From contig NW_005201851.1 in the NCBI RefSeq assembly GCF_000372725.1, positions 327,730 to 391,729 on the forward strand: 64,000 bases of DNA, given 5' to 3'. The notes beneath the pieces were generated by a model, which was given only the letters and a program-made list of their open reading frames with translations, did not search any database and was not told the origin of the DNA. The position numbers were made by a program, and so were the translations under genes. Below are positions 11,025 to 23,940 of this stretch, one piece after another (position 1 is the first letter of the stretch; the number at the start of each line of letters is the position of its first letter). The stretch is from Emiliania huxleyi CCMP1516. Its lineage: Eukaryota.

Positions 11025-13180
11025 TTGGTCTCACCCTTTCGACCCGGCGTCGGCGCCGGCACACACGTGAAGCTACTGACGTCCACGGAGCTGAACGGCG
11101 CGCTTGGCGTCGTCGAGAGCGCTGGGAGCGGTGAGCGCGTCATCGTGCGCTTGGCCGCTGGCGGCCGGCGCAGCATTCGCCGCGACTCGCTGGAAATCGT
11201 CGCCGCCTACCAGCCATTCGGACCGATGGTGCTCGACGCGATCGAGAGCGAGGGCGACCTCAGCGCCGTCGCCACGTGGCTCGCAAGCGGCGGCGACGCC
11301 AACGCGCCCTTCTCTGCTCTCGGCGCAGTAGGCATGGTCATGATGCAAAGGTACGCCGGCGCGACGCCGCTCATGGTCGCCTGCGGGTCTGGCGCCTTTC
11401 GCAAGGTCGGGCCGACTCGCATGGAGCCCGTCGTCAAGATGCTGCTCGACCATCGGGCCGACCCAAACAAAGCAGCCCCCGACGGCTGCACCGCCTTTGT
11501 TGCAGCGTGCCAACAGGCTGGCAACTTTCCGATTTGCGCGCTGCTGCTGAAGTACGGCGCTGACGTCGACGCGATGTCGCCGCCCGGCGCCGTTGCGCCC
11601 AACAGCCAGTCCGCGCTGGTGACCGCCGGACTCGCCCGCAACGCGCCCGGCGTCTTCCTACTTCTGCGTGCGGGTTGCGACCTGCACTTGGCCGATAGCG
11701 AGATTGCAGACGCCATGGCGATGCTAACGCCGCGCGCACCAAAGGGCAAGGTGTCCATTCATTGTCCTTCTGGACGGTCCGAATTGTCGACCGAAGTTCG
11801 GTGAGACCTCCATGTGTCTTTACCATCTAGGTGCTCCCACCGCTCCCGCCGGGCATGCGCGAGTCGATCGCTCGCTCGTCGAAGGCGTTCCTCTGGGACA
11901 GCATTGTCCTCCACAAGAAGGAGGGCCTCAAGCGCACGGCCTCCCTTGGCGTGGACAGCGCGTGGCTCTACCGTGCGGTGCGAAACGTGAGGCTCATCGA
12001 CCCGTCGGACGAGCACGCCGACGGCTGGTCCGCGCTCCGCGCGTTTGTCGTACGCGAGGGGCTGATGCTCGGCGGCCTGATGCACTGGCAGCCGCCTGGG
12101 CCGCCGCGCTGGCCGGAGGCTGCCTATGCGCAGCCGGGCCTGTCCACTAGCCAGCGCGCCGAGCTCAACGCGGGGCCTCCTCCATGCGAGCTTATCTGGC
12201 ACGATCGGATGCCGCAGGCCGTTCGCCACCAAATCCTCTCGTACCTCTCCCGGCCGCTGCTGATCTACCACGCGTGTTGGATGCAGCTCGGCGACTCCCT
12301 CTACCGCCGCACCGAGCCGATCACGCTCCACTTTCTCGGGTGGGCCAGCGTCGCCTCGACGGCGGGCTTCGAATTCGATCAGGCTGGCACACACAAAGAG
12401 ATTGGCGAGTGCTGGGCGCCGACGTTGCGCCGCCTTTTCCCGCTCGTGGAGAGCTTCCATCTGTGCGGCTTTGGGCCCGAGGCACCACGGCACGAGGCGA
12501 GCTTCCTCGACGGCTGGCTCCGCCTCTCGCTCTGTCCGGGCCTGTACGAGGTCTCGGCGCACGACGTGCCGACCGTCACTATCGCGCCGCTGCCGGCGAT
12601 CTGGGACGCCGTTTGGCCCGAGGAGGGAGGCACGGTCCGCTTCTCGGGCGGCGACGTCGACCGGGCCAAGCTGCGTCGTGCGGCGACGAGCGCCTTTTCG
12701 GAGCACGTCATGCACACAAGTGAGCACGACATGCACGGCCACCGGACCGTGCCGTTCGCGGCGCTGTGGCGGCCGACCTTTGAGGCGCTGCGCGACGCTG
12801 GCCGGCCGGTCCTCCTCACCCACAACGACAGCGTCGAGGAGCAGCTCTCGGTCCAGAACCTCCGCGCTCTCGCTGGCGACGCGACCACCCTCCTGCACAC
12901 CTCGCGTAACCCGTACCCGAACCCGGGCGGCGTGCGCGTGGGCAACAAGTTCAGCGCGGCCGTGACCAGGCGGTTGCGCATCGAGGCGGATCCGAGCATG
13001 GGCGGCGCTGACTTGGAGGGCATCGAGCGCGTGAAGGCGAATGTCGTCGAGATGGACATCCGCAAGCACCCGTTCAACAAGTATGTGGACGACCCATCGT
13101 GGTTCCTCGACGTGGACGAGGTCCAGAGCGGAAAGATGCGCGTCGGCATGGACGTCCGCCTGCTGTGGTTCCAGGGCTGA
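11025..13180 (+). CDS. Ankyrin-repeat protein with a large uncharacterised C-terminal domain; two exons, intron 11751-11830; start uncertain
   Basis: GATPLMVAC, ADPNKAAPDGCTAFVAAC and LLKYGADVD ankyrin motifs. A phase-0 GT..AG intron joins ORF 11025 to ORF 11831 in frame. Confidence 0.75.
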
Positions 13181-15627
13181 GGTGACGAGCGGCGCGTGCA
13201 ATATGGTACGCCCCGGGGCCTGGAGCGGCCGCACACTGCTCGGTACCCCCCCTGCACAACTACCCTGCTGCTGGGGGGGGGGGGGGGGGGGTCTTACCCC
13301 CACAACAAAACGCTTCTGCTGGGGGGGGGGGGGGCCCCACCCCCCCCCAGCAGCAGAGCGCACTGGACCCAGCTCTCCCGCCTCTTCGCCGCCGCCCCCC
13401 CCTCCACCCTCGGCTCGTGTTTGAGCGGTACGCTCGAGGCGGTTGTGTTCACCGCGCCTTCGAGCCCAATACACCTTTGTCGTGTCGAGTGCTGGCGTTT
13501 TACAACACTTGTGACCATGTGAGTCTCTATCTTGTAATTTCCGGTATCAATCGAGTGTAGAAGAAGAGTTTCAAAGCCAGTTTCGGTGGGGATCTGGATC
13601 GGCGTCGAGTACACAAGCGGGATGGCCCGCCACTCGAACCAACCCGCAAGCGGGCGTACGAACCGCGAGCGGCTCGCACTCGTGCATATCCAGATATATG
13701 TGTGCACTCGTGGCACGCCAGAGGCGTCCGACAGCGACACAGACGGCGCCGGGGACAGACGGCGCCGGGGAAATTGGTCTCGACGTGGACGTGACGGCGC
13801 CGTCGGCGAGAAACGACAGGCGGCCCGTACGGAAGGATGGGGTGGAGGGTGGGCGGTGTCGATGTTGTGTAGATTGGGCGCGTGCTGCTGCCGGCGAGAG
13901 GGGGTGCGAGGAGCCTTGTGACTTGCATGGGGCTCTCTTCACGGCGTCATCCACGGGACGAGGACCCCTCTAGAAAATACTTCGAAACACGCCTAATATT
14001 TGCGGACAGCGCATCCAAGTGGCCGCCATCATTGTCAATGCAGATCTCGAGCGCGGGCCGATGCGCTCATCCAAGCAGGCCAGTCCAGCTACGCAGGAGG
14101 CCGGGGCCCTTCATCTTCGTGGAGAGCGAAGCGTCGCCGTTGCTGCGTTCGTCTCTTCACAAAAGGCCTCGCAATAGACGACCAACTTCTCGTCTTCTGC
14201 AGCTGGCCCCTCGTTGAGGCTCTGAAGACACAGCCCTTCAACGAACTGCCCAACTGCCTTACCATTCTCCTGACATCGAGGTTGGAAAGCTGCCCGCCAC
14301 AGCCGCTGCAAGCGCCACATCATCCGAAGCTTCGTTCGGCGTAGCATTCAGCACGGCTTGGATTGCAGCAAGGAGTGAGCCGTGCTGGCTAAGTAAGGCA
14401 ATTGCTCGCTCTTGCGTGGCACCGCAGTCGACCAGCCACCTCACGTCGCCCTCCCGCGGCAAAGTCGTTGTCGCATAGAGCACCTCGTTGTTTTCATCTT
14501 GACGCAATGCGCGTCACAAACTGCCTCGGATTGGCTGCTGGCACTCTCGAGGCTATGCCTACGCAGCCTCGCGCGCATGGGCAGTCAATAGGGACCATGC
14601 ACCTTCTCAGGACAGCGCCGGTGCCTCTCTCTTGGACCGGCAAACGTGGTGGTCTCGTGTCACCAATGTGGGACCAGTGCGGCATCGCGCCATCGACAGC
14701 TCTGAACTGCGCCTCACCACTGACCGGGAAGGCCGCCAAGTGGGCCAGCACAGGTCGCACATTGTGGCAGCAGTCAGCAGTGCATGTCTGATAGCTAGAG
14801 CAGCAGCGTCAGGGTCGCAGGGTCGGATCGTGTCAAGCCTCTCGCCCGGCCGGCCGCGTGCAGACGTCGGCCTGTCTGCTGTCTGGAGTGATCTGTCGGC
14901 GGTCAGTACGACCGATCAGGTCGGAGTTTTCTTATGGTTAGAGGGTCTATCTGTATGTACTCCTCGAGATCTCTCCAAATCTGCCCTCTGTTAGACCAGG
15001 TTAGATCGGGAAGTCGGTGCTAACGGAGACTAACGGAGCCGGAGCCCCGTTTCCGCACTTTGGCGTTTGGACTGGCCTGTGTCCTTGGGCCCCACTTGTG
15101 GTTGGCACTTCCTGTGTGTGGCCCCCTGCCTCCCCCCAGAAGCCCCCATCGGCGCCCTGTCCGGCCCGAGGTTTTAACGGCCGCCAGGAGCACCAAGAGG
15201 ACTCCTCATGGCTGCTTGCAAGTGGGCCTCGACCGGCCTCGGCGGGGGGGGCGCGGGTTGTCCCGGCTGCGGGTTGCGCCGGGAGGGAGGACGATGTCGC
15301 GCTGCTGGATGACAGAGGTGCCGAGCCTGTCGAGGACATCCGATTCACACTCACGGCTGTCCTACTGGTCATATAGAAAGTCGGCCGTCCGCGAGCCCCC
15401 AGCTCGCCGACGGCGAGAGAGATGCCACGAGGGGTCGCGGTGGCGTCCATCGCCAGGCTCCCTAGCTCAACCAACGACCCTTCGGGATCGACGGCCGATC
15501 GTCATGGTGACACTCGCGGGCCCACAGGAGGGCTCGGAGCCGCGGCACCGGTCCGCGCCGCCAGCGGGGCGAGAGCACCAGCCTACAACCTGCCGACATG
15601 GCAGTTGCGACGGCGCTTTCACACAAC

Positions 15628-16059
15628 ATGGACATGGACATGGAGGCTGGGGATGTTCACACCGACAGGACGAGCAGCCTGTGGTGCATCCAGTTGTGCA
15701 TGATGTTCGGCACGACGACAAAGCCTGCGGAAGGTGGCGACAAGAGAGACGACAGCCCCGTGTCCCAGCTCGGACGGAGGCTCAGTGGGATGTGGGGCGA
15801 CAACGGGCCGCAAACAGAGGCCAAGAAGTGGCTGAAGCACAAGGCGGCGATCGGCAAGCGCAGCACCACGGAGAAGATGAATCGCGCGATCTTTCTCAAG
15901 AACCATAAGGTGCTCTCCTTCCCCGAGGCCAAGGCGAGCGACGCGTTCAACGCGTACCTCAAAGGAGAGGAGGCGTTCCTAAAGACCGAGGAGTGCCTCC
16001 TCGCCAGCTACGCCGAGCTGGTGGCCTTCCAGGCGCCTCTCCCGCCAGCCACGCCGTGA
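15628..16059 (+). CDS. Hypothetical protein
   Basis: Open frame with ATG (MDMDMEAG) and protein-like composition; no recognised domain. Confidence 0.35.
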   Translation: MDMDMEAGDVHTDRTSSLWCIQLCMMFGTTTKPAEGGDKRDDSPVSQLGRRLSGMWGDNGPQTEAKKWLKHKAAIGKRSTTEKMNRAIFLKNHKVLSFPEAKASDAFNAYLKGEEAFLKTEECLLASYAELVAFQAPLPPATP

Positions 16060-16869
16060 CTCGCAATCCTTCTCCTGAGATCTCGATCCCTGCCCGGCGC
16101 CTCCTTTCCGCCAGGCGGGCCTCAGTCCCTTCGCAGCGAGCTTGGCTGCCGGCGCGCGTGCCTTTGCGGTGGACGGCGCGCTTGGTCCCTCGCTGGCGCC
16201 CTCTGGTTCCGCCGCCTTCTCCACCGGCATGAGCGCGGCGGAGCTCGCCTCCAAGACGAAATTTGCAGACGCGATGGCCGCGCCAGCCTAGATGCGGAAG
16301 CAGAGGCCCGTCTCTCCCCACATCTCCCCATATCTCGAGGCCTGACGCGAAGACCCGTGTGTCCGAACTGGCGCTCGAGATGACGCGTGGGCGCGGCGGC
16401 ATCCCCGCTGTCGTCAGCGGCATTCGTAGCCCTCGCATTCACGCGATGCTCTGAGTACACCGCTCGACGCCGCACTCCCACCTCCCCACCACCACCACCA
16501 CGCTAAAGTGCTCATGGCTGTGTAGGAGACGGCCATCCTGCCGGCGGTACGGCGCAAGGCCACCGCGATGGCCGCCGTCCGGCGCCCTAGATGCAGACGT
16601 GACGCGCCCGTGCGTTGCGGCTAGCAGTCGACAGGCGTCACGGTCTCGGAAGATTACCCGAGATTACCCGAGATTACCCGAGCGGCTAGCAGTCGACAGG
16701 CGTCACGGCCTCGGCTGCCTTCAGCTGTGTTCGCTGCGCGCGTGGCCCGTGACACTCAATGCGCCGCGAGTGCACTGCAGACTCCGCGCTGCCCGCCCGC
16801 TGCACTAGGTGTGGCAGCACATCTCGGAGCTGCAGGTGCGTACCAGCAACCACCCTCCTCCTCACTAGC

Positions 16870-17699
16870 GGTTATGAGGAGCCCACGGCTTGTCACCATC
16901 GGCTGTTCGGAGCTGCAGGTGCTGAAGCTGAACGCAGACTATTACGCGGACAAGTACCAGAGGCTGCAGGAGAAGGCGGGCACGCAGCAGGCCAGCAAGA
17001 GATCACCCGAGATCACCCGAGATCACCCGAGATCACCCGAGATCACCCGAGCCAAGCAGCCGCGAGAAGGATACACCGCGGCTGTACCTCACCTCGGCTG
17101 CACCTCGGCTATACCCCGGCTAATCTCGGCTAACCTCGGCAGGCCAAGCTCGACAGCAACCGCGAGAAGAGCGAGGCGGCGTCGGCGGCGTGGGACGAGG
17201 CGTCGGCCGCGCTGCTGGTCGTATTTCAGGGCTACGCGGCCATCGGCACCTCTCTGCTCCGCCGCCCGCTCTCCTTCACACCCTCCCTCCTCTACGCGCT
17301 CTCTTTTCTTTTCTCAGGCAACACTCTGCTCTGCCGCGAGTTCGAGCTGTTGAAGAGCGCGCAGGCAGAGGGCAGCAGTAGCCAGCAGCCCGTTGCTCTA
17401 AAGGTGCTGCCCGGGCCCGCGCCTGAGCAAAAACATCCGGACGCCCACAGGCGGAGGCATACGAGGCCATGTCGGCCGAGGTGGCCGCGCTGGAGCTGCG
17501 GCGCCCCAAGTACCAGGACGAGAGACCCGACGTCGAGCTGCCGGAAGTTGGAGGCGGGACATTCGGCCTCGCTTCGCTCGCCCGCGCCTCCAGCGCGGCG
17601 TCGGAGCCCGACGAGGCCGCGCCACCGCTCTCTCCGCGGGCGGTAGAGGGGGAGGGGGGGGACTCGCCTTCCAACCCGACTCCGGTCGAGTTGAGCTGA
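16870..17699 (+). CDS. Multi-exon hypothetical protein (approximate limits)
   Basis: Coding-like blocks (ELQVLKLNADYYADKYQRLQEKA; MSAEVAALELRRPKYQDE) are separated by intron-like segments with decamer repeats. Confidence 0.4.
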
Positions 17700-17869
17700 G
17701 ATGCCTTTGGTTTCGGCGGTGGCTTACGTGGGGAAACGGTGGTGTTTCCGGCTGTGTCCGGACGGTACGTTGAGCGGGTGACAAATCTGCAATGTGCATC
17801 CTGTTGCTCGCACGCGGCAGCGGCGGGGTTTCTTTTTCTTGCGCAATCGACCACCGTTGCAATCCGCCT

Positions 17870-19140
17870 CCGGCCCGCACCAGCCGCCCCCGCCGCTCCC
17901 TCGCCAGATAAGCCGCCGCCCACCCGCCTCCTCGACCTCCCCACGGAGCTCCTCGTGCGCGCCCTCTCTCATTGCGGCCCCGCCGACATCGCTCGCGTCG
18001 CGGCCGTCTCGCTCCTCTTTCTCACGCCTCGCTTGCGGTGGAGGGCATCCGCTTGCGGGCGCAAGAGCGCGACTTCGAGCTGCCCGCGCAGCCAGAGGGC
18101 GAGGGCTGCGCCGTGCGGTGGCTGTGCTATTCAGCGCTGCTGTGCGAGTCCAACCCGCTGGCGAGGGCGGCGGGAAGCGCTCTGCACAGTCTCTTCATTG
18201 ACGGTGAGGGGCGGCTCTCGTCGTGCGGCTCTGCACCGTCCTACTCTCCAGGACTGCTCGGGCACGGTGAGGGCGTGACGCGGCTCAACGCGCCGACCCG
18301 CCTTCCCTCGACGCTGGGTGAGCGCGCCGTGAGCGTGTCGGCTGGCGCCGCGCACAGCCTCGCCCTCACCGCCGGCGGCAGCGTCTGGAGCTGGGGCGGC
18401 GGAGCTGTCTGGAGCTGGGGCTGTTGACTCTTTGGCCGGTTGGGCCACGGCGACGAGCAGGATCAGCGGGAGCCCAAGAAGGTCGAGGCGTTTGCTGGCC
18501 AGCGCGTCGTCGCCGTCTCGGCTGGAGAGCACCACACGCCCTCACCGCCGACGGAGCTGTCTGGAGCTGGGGCGCTGGAGCCCTTGACCGGTTGGGCCAC
18601 GGCGACCAGCAGAACCAGCTGCTGCCCAAGAAGGTCGAGGCCTTTGCTGGCCAGCGCGTCGTCGCCGTCTCGGCAGGATCCCGCCACAGCCTCGCCTTGT
18701 CCGCCGACGGCGCTGTCTGGAGCTGGGGCGAAGGATACTACGGCGAGCTGGGCCACGGCGGCACGCATAGGCAGCTGCTGCCGAAGAAAGTCGAGGCCTT
18801 TGCTGGCCTGCGCGTCGTCGCTGTGTCGGCGGGAAGCGAACACAGCCTCGCCCTCACCGCTGACGGCGCTGTCTGGAGCTGGGGCGTGGGCTGGGAAGGC
18901 CGGCTGGGCCACGCGGGCGATCAGCAGCGCCAGCTGCCGAGAAGAAGATTGAGGCCTTTGCTGGCCAGCGCGTTGTCGCCGTTTCGACTGGAGTGGGCCA
19001 CAGACTCGCCCTCACCGCCGACGGCGCCGTCTTTATCTGGGGTGAGGGCGGCCACGGCTGTCTAGGCCACGGAGATGACCTGTCAAACGACAAACCAGCT
19101 GCTGCCGAAGAAGATCGAGACGTGGGTGCAAGAGGTTGAG
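17870..19140 (+). pseudogene. Decayed paralogue of the F-box-like/RCC1 gene at 6979
   Basis: High DNA similarity to 6979-8397. ATG lost, frameshifts near 18023, 18535, 18940 and 19090, in-frame TGA at about 18425. Confidence 0.85.
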
Positions 19141-19277
19141 CTTGAGGATTCGAGGAGAGTCACGGGTGCATTATGCTACTCTTGAGTTGTCAAAAGTTAG
19201 TAAAAGGGAGAACTTGAGAACAGACAGACGCCAGGCCCAGCGGCGAGCGGGGTGCAGGAACCTTCCCAATGTCATCG

Positions 19278-20599
19278 TCATCTCACGAAGGCGAGCTCGT
19301 AGCAGCACAAGCCCGCAGCGAGCCCGCCCACCCCGAGGAAGTCGGCCACGTTCTGGTCAAAGGGGTACCCGTCATTGGTGCGCAGGGACCACAATTTGAA
19401 GCGCTCGCGGACAAGCAGAAAGTCGAAAACGGCCGCAAATTGGGCCGGGGTTGGAGGGATCATGCTGGGCGAGACGTGCAGCTCTATCATCAGCAGCCGC
19501 ACCGGCCCGAGAGCTTCCGCGGCGGTGGAGTTGTGGGCGAGGTGCTCGATTGCAGCCCACTCACACCCCTCGCAATCGATGGTCAACACGCGGATCGGCG
19601 CCGCGCCGCGCGGGCGCCTCGCGACCATCTCTTCAAGAGTCATCAAGCGCGCTTCGTCGATAGTTCCGTAGCTGTTGATGCTGTCGGCTGCTCTCGCACC
19701 GCCGGTCCTCTTGCTCGCAGTCAAACTGCCTCCGAGGCCAGCAAAGTGGAAGTGCGTCTTGCTCATTCGTGAGGCGCTGCGCCGGTGCCTAGGGGAAGTG
19801 GTAGCCGTGAGCGACTCTTCGAAGAGAAAACTCCGATCACAGACGCCAGGCGCGGCCATCGACTCGGGAGCAGGAGGCTCTGTGTGTGCCCGGGCAGAAC
19901 CAGTGCATACAACCTAGAGCGGAGGAGGTGCCTCGCCCGCAGCTCGACAGTCGGGTCGTAGGCGTGCACCTCGCACCCCTTTGAGAGGGCGTACTCCGCA
20001 AACGTCCACTCGCCGCCAATTCCAATCACGTAAACTGCGCACGGTTCCCCAGCCTGCGCCGGCCAGAGCGCGTCGCAGTAGCTGGCGCTATCCCTCGCGG
20101 CGGCCGACCGCAATGTGCCCGGGCAGTGGACGCGGCTCCGGCGGGCGCCACGGCCACCGAGAGGCGGCACCGTGCCGTTCCTCCAGAACCGGCTGTAGTC
20201 GGTCTCGGTCCCTCGCCTCGCCGTCAAGCCAGTCGGCAGATCCGGCGAGGCCAGCAGCAAGCCGATCCAGAACTGCACCCGGCGGTAGATGTGATGACGG
20301 CGGTACGTGTCACTGGCCGCCAACTGCCAGGAGGCGGCGCCGAACTTTGCCTCGTCTGAATCGCGGGCTGCGGTCACGGCAGACTGCTGGTCGCAGGAGC
20401 AGTTGTACCACTCTTTGCCGGGCGGGTAGCCGCACAGAAAGTGATTAGCAGAGTCCAGCGCTCCGTCACAAGCAAAGGTGCCGCGGCACGCGCGCGTCCA
20501 GACCTGCCGAGGATTGTCGTCGTAGCAGCCGAAGCTCGTGTTGAGTAGGCAGGGAGTCCTGCTGTGCTGTCGCACGAGCTCCAGAGAGCATGCAGGCAT
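19278..20599 (-). CDS. Methyltransf_22/METTL24-like (FkbM-related) SAM-dependent methyltransferase, probably spliced
   Basis: CAVYVIGIGGEWTFAEYALSKGCEVHAYDPT and IRVLTIDCEGCEW...LLMIELH motifs lie in two frames, separated by a probable intron at about 19770-19925. Confidence 0.75.
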
Positions 20600-21023
20600 C
20601 GCGGCTGAAAGTCGCCGAAAATCCTGCTAGCGGAGGTGGGGACCCTGGTCGGGTACCCGAGACCGAGGGGGGGCGACACTGTGCTTCTGCAGCGTGCACC
20701 TCGATCCTTAGCGTTTGTTTGTTGTTGTGACCCCCCCCCAAATGATCTTCCACCGAGGGAGGGCGAGACGATGGAGGGTCCCGTACCATGCGGAATCGAC
20801 CCTATCCAGGGGCACCTATCCAGTGCTCAAGTCCGCAAGTAATTGCGCTCCGTAGTCGACTGTAGAAAGTTTCAATGCGCGCGACGGGCGGGACCAAGTG
20901 CTTCGCGCCGTTGTGTTTTGCGCGTTCTGCTTCGCACGTACGTTTGCGCCTCGCGCGTTGCGAGCGCACGCCAGGACGGCCTGGTGCCCGTGACTTGTGT
21001 GCCTTGGGGACGCAGCCACACAC

Positions 21024-22725
21024 ATGGCACACAGAGTCAGCGGCGACGACGACCTGAGGGAGCGCCTCTACGAGCGGCGGCTTCGCAGCTTCATGAGTCA
21101 GCGCGGGCTCCAGCGGAGCGAGGCTCAGCGGCGCGTTGTTCATCTGGAGTTGGCGCTCTTCCAAGGTCCTGGACGGGACCGAGGCGGATCCGTGCGAGGA
21201 CGCCTCGAGCCTGCTCCACACCATCAGGGCTGCCGGCCCGCTGGGCAGCCAGCAGTGCCAGCCAAGCCAGGCTGTAGCGACGGGATCGAGTCTGATCAGG
21301 CCTGCAACGGTCCGCCGCTCGTCGCAGGCGAGGCCGAGGGACAGCAGGAGAAGGAGCGGCCGCCAGCTTGGCTGCGGGACGCGACTGCTGCCATCGACAA
21401 CAGCCTTCCGTCACCGGCTCCGGAGGTTGTCGCCGCCCTCGAGGAGAGGCTCGCAGAGGCGGAGCGGCAGGCGTCGCAGGCTCGCTCCCGCATGGCGCAG
21501 CAGCGGCAGCTTCTCGAGCGGCAGCGCGCGGCGCACGCGGATCAGGTCGACGCTCTCGCCACCGCCGCCGAAGCGCGCGAAGTGGAGCATCGGCGAGAGC
21601 TTCGGCGGGCAGAGGCGGCACTCGAGGAGCAGCAACAGCAAGAGAGGCAGGTGGTCGCCGTGCTCCGCTCGCAGATCGAGGCGGCGCACGAGTGGCATGC
21701 ACGGCTGGCGGAGGCGCAGACAGAGGAGGCGGCGCGGCTGGCGGCCGCATCGGAGACGGAAGGGGAGGAGCTCAGGGTGGAGCTGCTGCGGGAAGAGCTG
21801 GCCACAATCGAGCGTGAGCGCTCGACGAGTGAGGCGGCGGCGCGGGAGGGGAAGCGGCATCACGAGGCGGCGGAGGACGAGGCAGAGGCGCGAGTATCGC
21901 GGGCGGAGGCGGAGGCGGATGCCGCCAAGGAACCGAACACCTCCGGCAGAGGCGAAGGCGGAGGCNNNNNNNNNNNNNNNNNNNNNNNNNNNNNNNNNNN
22001 NNNNNNNNNNNNNNNNNNNNNNNNNNNNNNNNNNNNNNNNNNNNNNNNNNNNNNNNNNNNNNNNNGCTAGGGCCGAGGCGGCAGCCGAGGCGATGGCCGA
22101 GGCGGCTGTGGCACGCGTGACGCAGGCCGCGGCGGCCGAAGCCGCGGCGAGTCGGGAGGCGCTTGCTGTCCCCGCGCTGCGGCAAGCCGCTGCCGTCGCG
22201 ACGAGGCGGCTCGAAAGCGACAACATCTCGCTGAGCAACAACGCCGTCAACCAGTTGGCCTCGATGGCTAAGGAGGCCGTCAACCAGTTGGCCTTGATGG
22301 CTAAGGAGGCGGGCGCTGTGGCGACCTCGTTGGGTAGTGAATTGGCCTCGGTGGCTAAGGTAGCGATCGACGCCAACCGCGAGATTGGCGCCAACCGCGA
22401 GACTTACAAAGACCTCGAGCAGATCCTGGACCTCGAGGTGACGTTCGAGGCGGAGCAGTCCGGCCGGCAAGCACTCGCGGAGGAGCACGCATTCGCAGTC
22501 CACAGGCAACTCCGCGAGGCGCGGTCCGGCTGGGCCCTTGCCAAGATGCAGCTCGTGCTGGGCGCCACAGCGTGCGCGCGCAAGCAATCCGCCTTGGCCC
22601 GCTGGGCGCGCAGAGCCTGCGGCCTAAAGGTAGCCACGCTCAGGCGGCGCGCGGCGGCGGCCGCTGCCGACGCGGCTGACCTGCGGGGGTGTATCAGGCA
22701 GGCGACGCAGCTGTTTGAAGAATGA
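21024..22725 (+). CDS. Coiled-coil hypothetical protein spanning an assembly gap
   Basis: Long E/A/R/Q-rich heptad ORF on both sides of the N-run 21966-22065. Confidence 0.6.
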
Positions 22726-23505
22726 ACTTTCTCACGACGATCAGCATCAGGTACGAATAACGGAAACTCGCACCGATTCCAGCGCGCTATCGGTTTGCTA
22801 ACTAAAGCGTGTGGATGCTGGGTTGACGGAAAAATCGAGGGACGCGACCCACCTCGCCACAGACGGTCCCGCGCCTCGCCGCTAAGTTTGCGCGGCACGC
22901 GCCCCGGCGCCTAAGGGGTAAGGGCGCCCCGCAGGCCGCACCTAGGCCGCACCGCGTCCACTGTGTGCCGCGTTTTTTGTCCGGAGTGAAGTCCAACGCG
23001 CTCGTCGGTGGCGGCTTCCCTCAACCTGCGCCGCGCTCGGCGAACCTCGACAGCGCTTTCGGTGGCATGCAGCTCTTTGCTCTTTGCGACAGAAGCCCCT
23101 GGAGAGCAGCGCTCCTCTGCGTGCTCACAAGCCTCTGCACAGTTGACACAGCCTACTGTGCGGCTGCCACAGCTGTGACAGCGATGGGCTCGCCCTCACT
23201 GGCCCTCAGTCACTTGTGCTGCGGCTTGTGTGAGCGACACTGCTCGGTGACCGCTGCGGGCACACTGTGAGACCATGGGTGTGAGGCGTATAAAACCACG
23301 ACCCCGCTCTACCAGCGCTTGGTCACATCGGCCCCGAGGTCAGATTCATCTACTCTGTTGATGACAAGACTTGTCTACCGGCTGGAGCCGAGCAGGAGGG
23401 CCCGGCGCACAACCCCTTGGTCAACTCACCCTCCACACCCCGTAAAAGAAAGGCCGAGCTCGAACCTGTTTTTTGGACACACGCGCCCACACCCACAAAT
23501 GGCCG

Positions 23506-23940
23506 CTACGATGCTGCGGCTTCGCCGACGGGCGAGTCCAGGACCGCGCACAGACTGAGGAGCTCCTGCATCTCCTCCTCCTGCATCCGCTCCTCGCACT
23601 CCTCCACGATCAGGTGCAGCTCGACGAGGGAGCGCGGCCGCGAGTTGATGAGCATGAGCTCCTCTGCGCGCGTGAGCTGGAAGCGCTGCAGCGCCTCGAC
23701 GAAGCGGGCGATGCCCTCGCGGGACTGCGCCGCACACGCCGCCTTGTCCAGGTAGCCAGTCGCCTGCTCGGTGATCACCTCGACGTCCTGCAGCGAGCGG
23801 CAGGAGCCCGACACCGCGCGGCGCGCACCCGGCAGCGGCATCTTGCGCTCGGCCGCTCTCCGCTCGCGAACCTGCCGCTGCAGGAGCGAGGCCACCTCGA
23901 AGTTGGTTAGGTGGCCCGCGCTCTTGTCGATCACCTGCAT
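23506..23940 (-). CDS. RPC17: DNA-directed RNA polymerase III subunit C17 (RPC9/CRCP, Rpb4 family)
   Basis: MQVIDKSAGHLTNFEV...LTRAEELMLINSRPRSLVELHLIVEECEERM matches the RPC17/CRCP signature. Confidence 0.92.
   Translation of the reverse strand: MQVIDKSAGHLTNFEVASLLQRQVRERRAAERKMPLPGARRAVSGSCRSLQDVEVITEQATGYLDKAACAAQSREGIARFVEALQRFQLTRAEELMLINSRPRSLVELHLIVEECEERMQEEEMQELLSLCAVLDSPVGEAAAS

Noticed and set aside
11759..13474. 571-aa antisense ORF and similar long shadow ORFs (40903-42693, 56045-57130)
   Set aside because: Antisense shadows of GC3-rich real genes; stop codons are rare at this GC content.
13960..14510. Short minus-strand ORFs with protein-like composition
   Set aside because: Fragmentary, with no recognisable domain or supported splice path.
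22740..22960. Possible structured ncRNA
   Set aside because: No recognisable tRNA, snRNA or rRNA signature; no RNA gene could be supported anywhere in the window.
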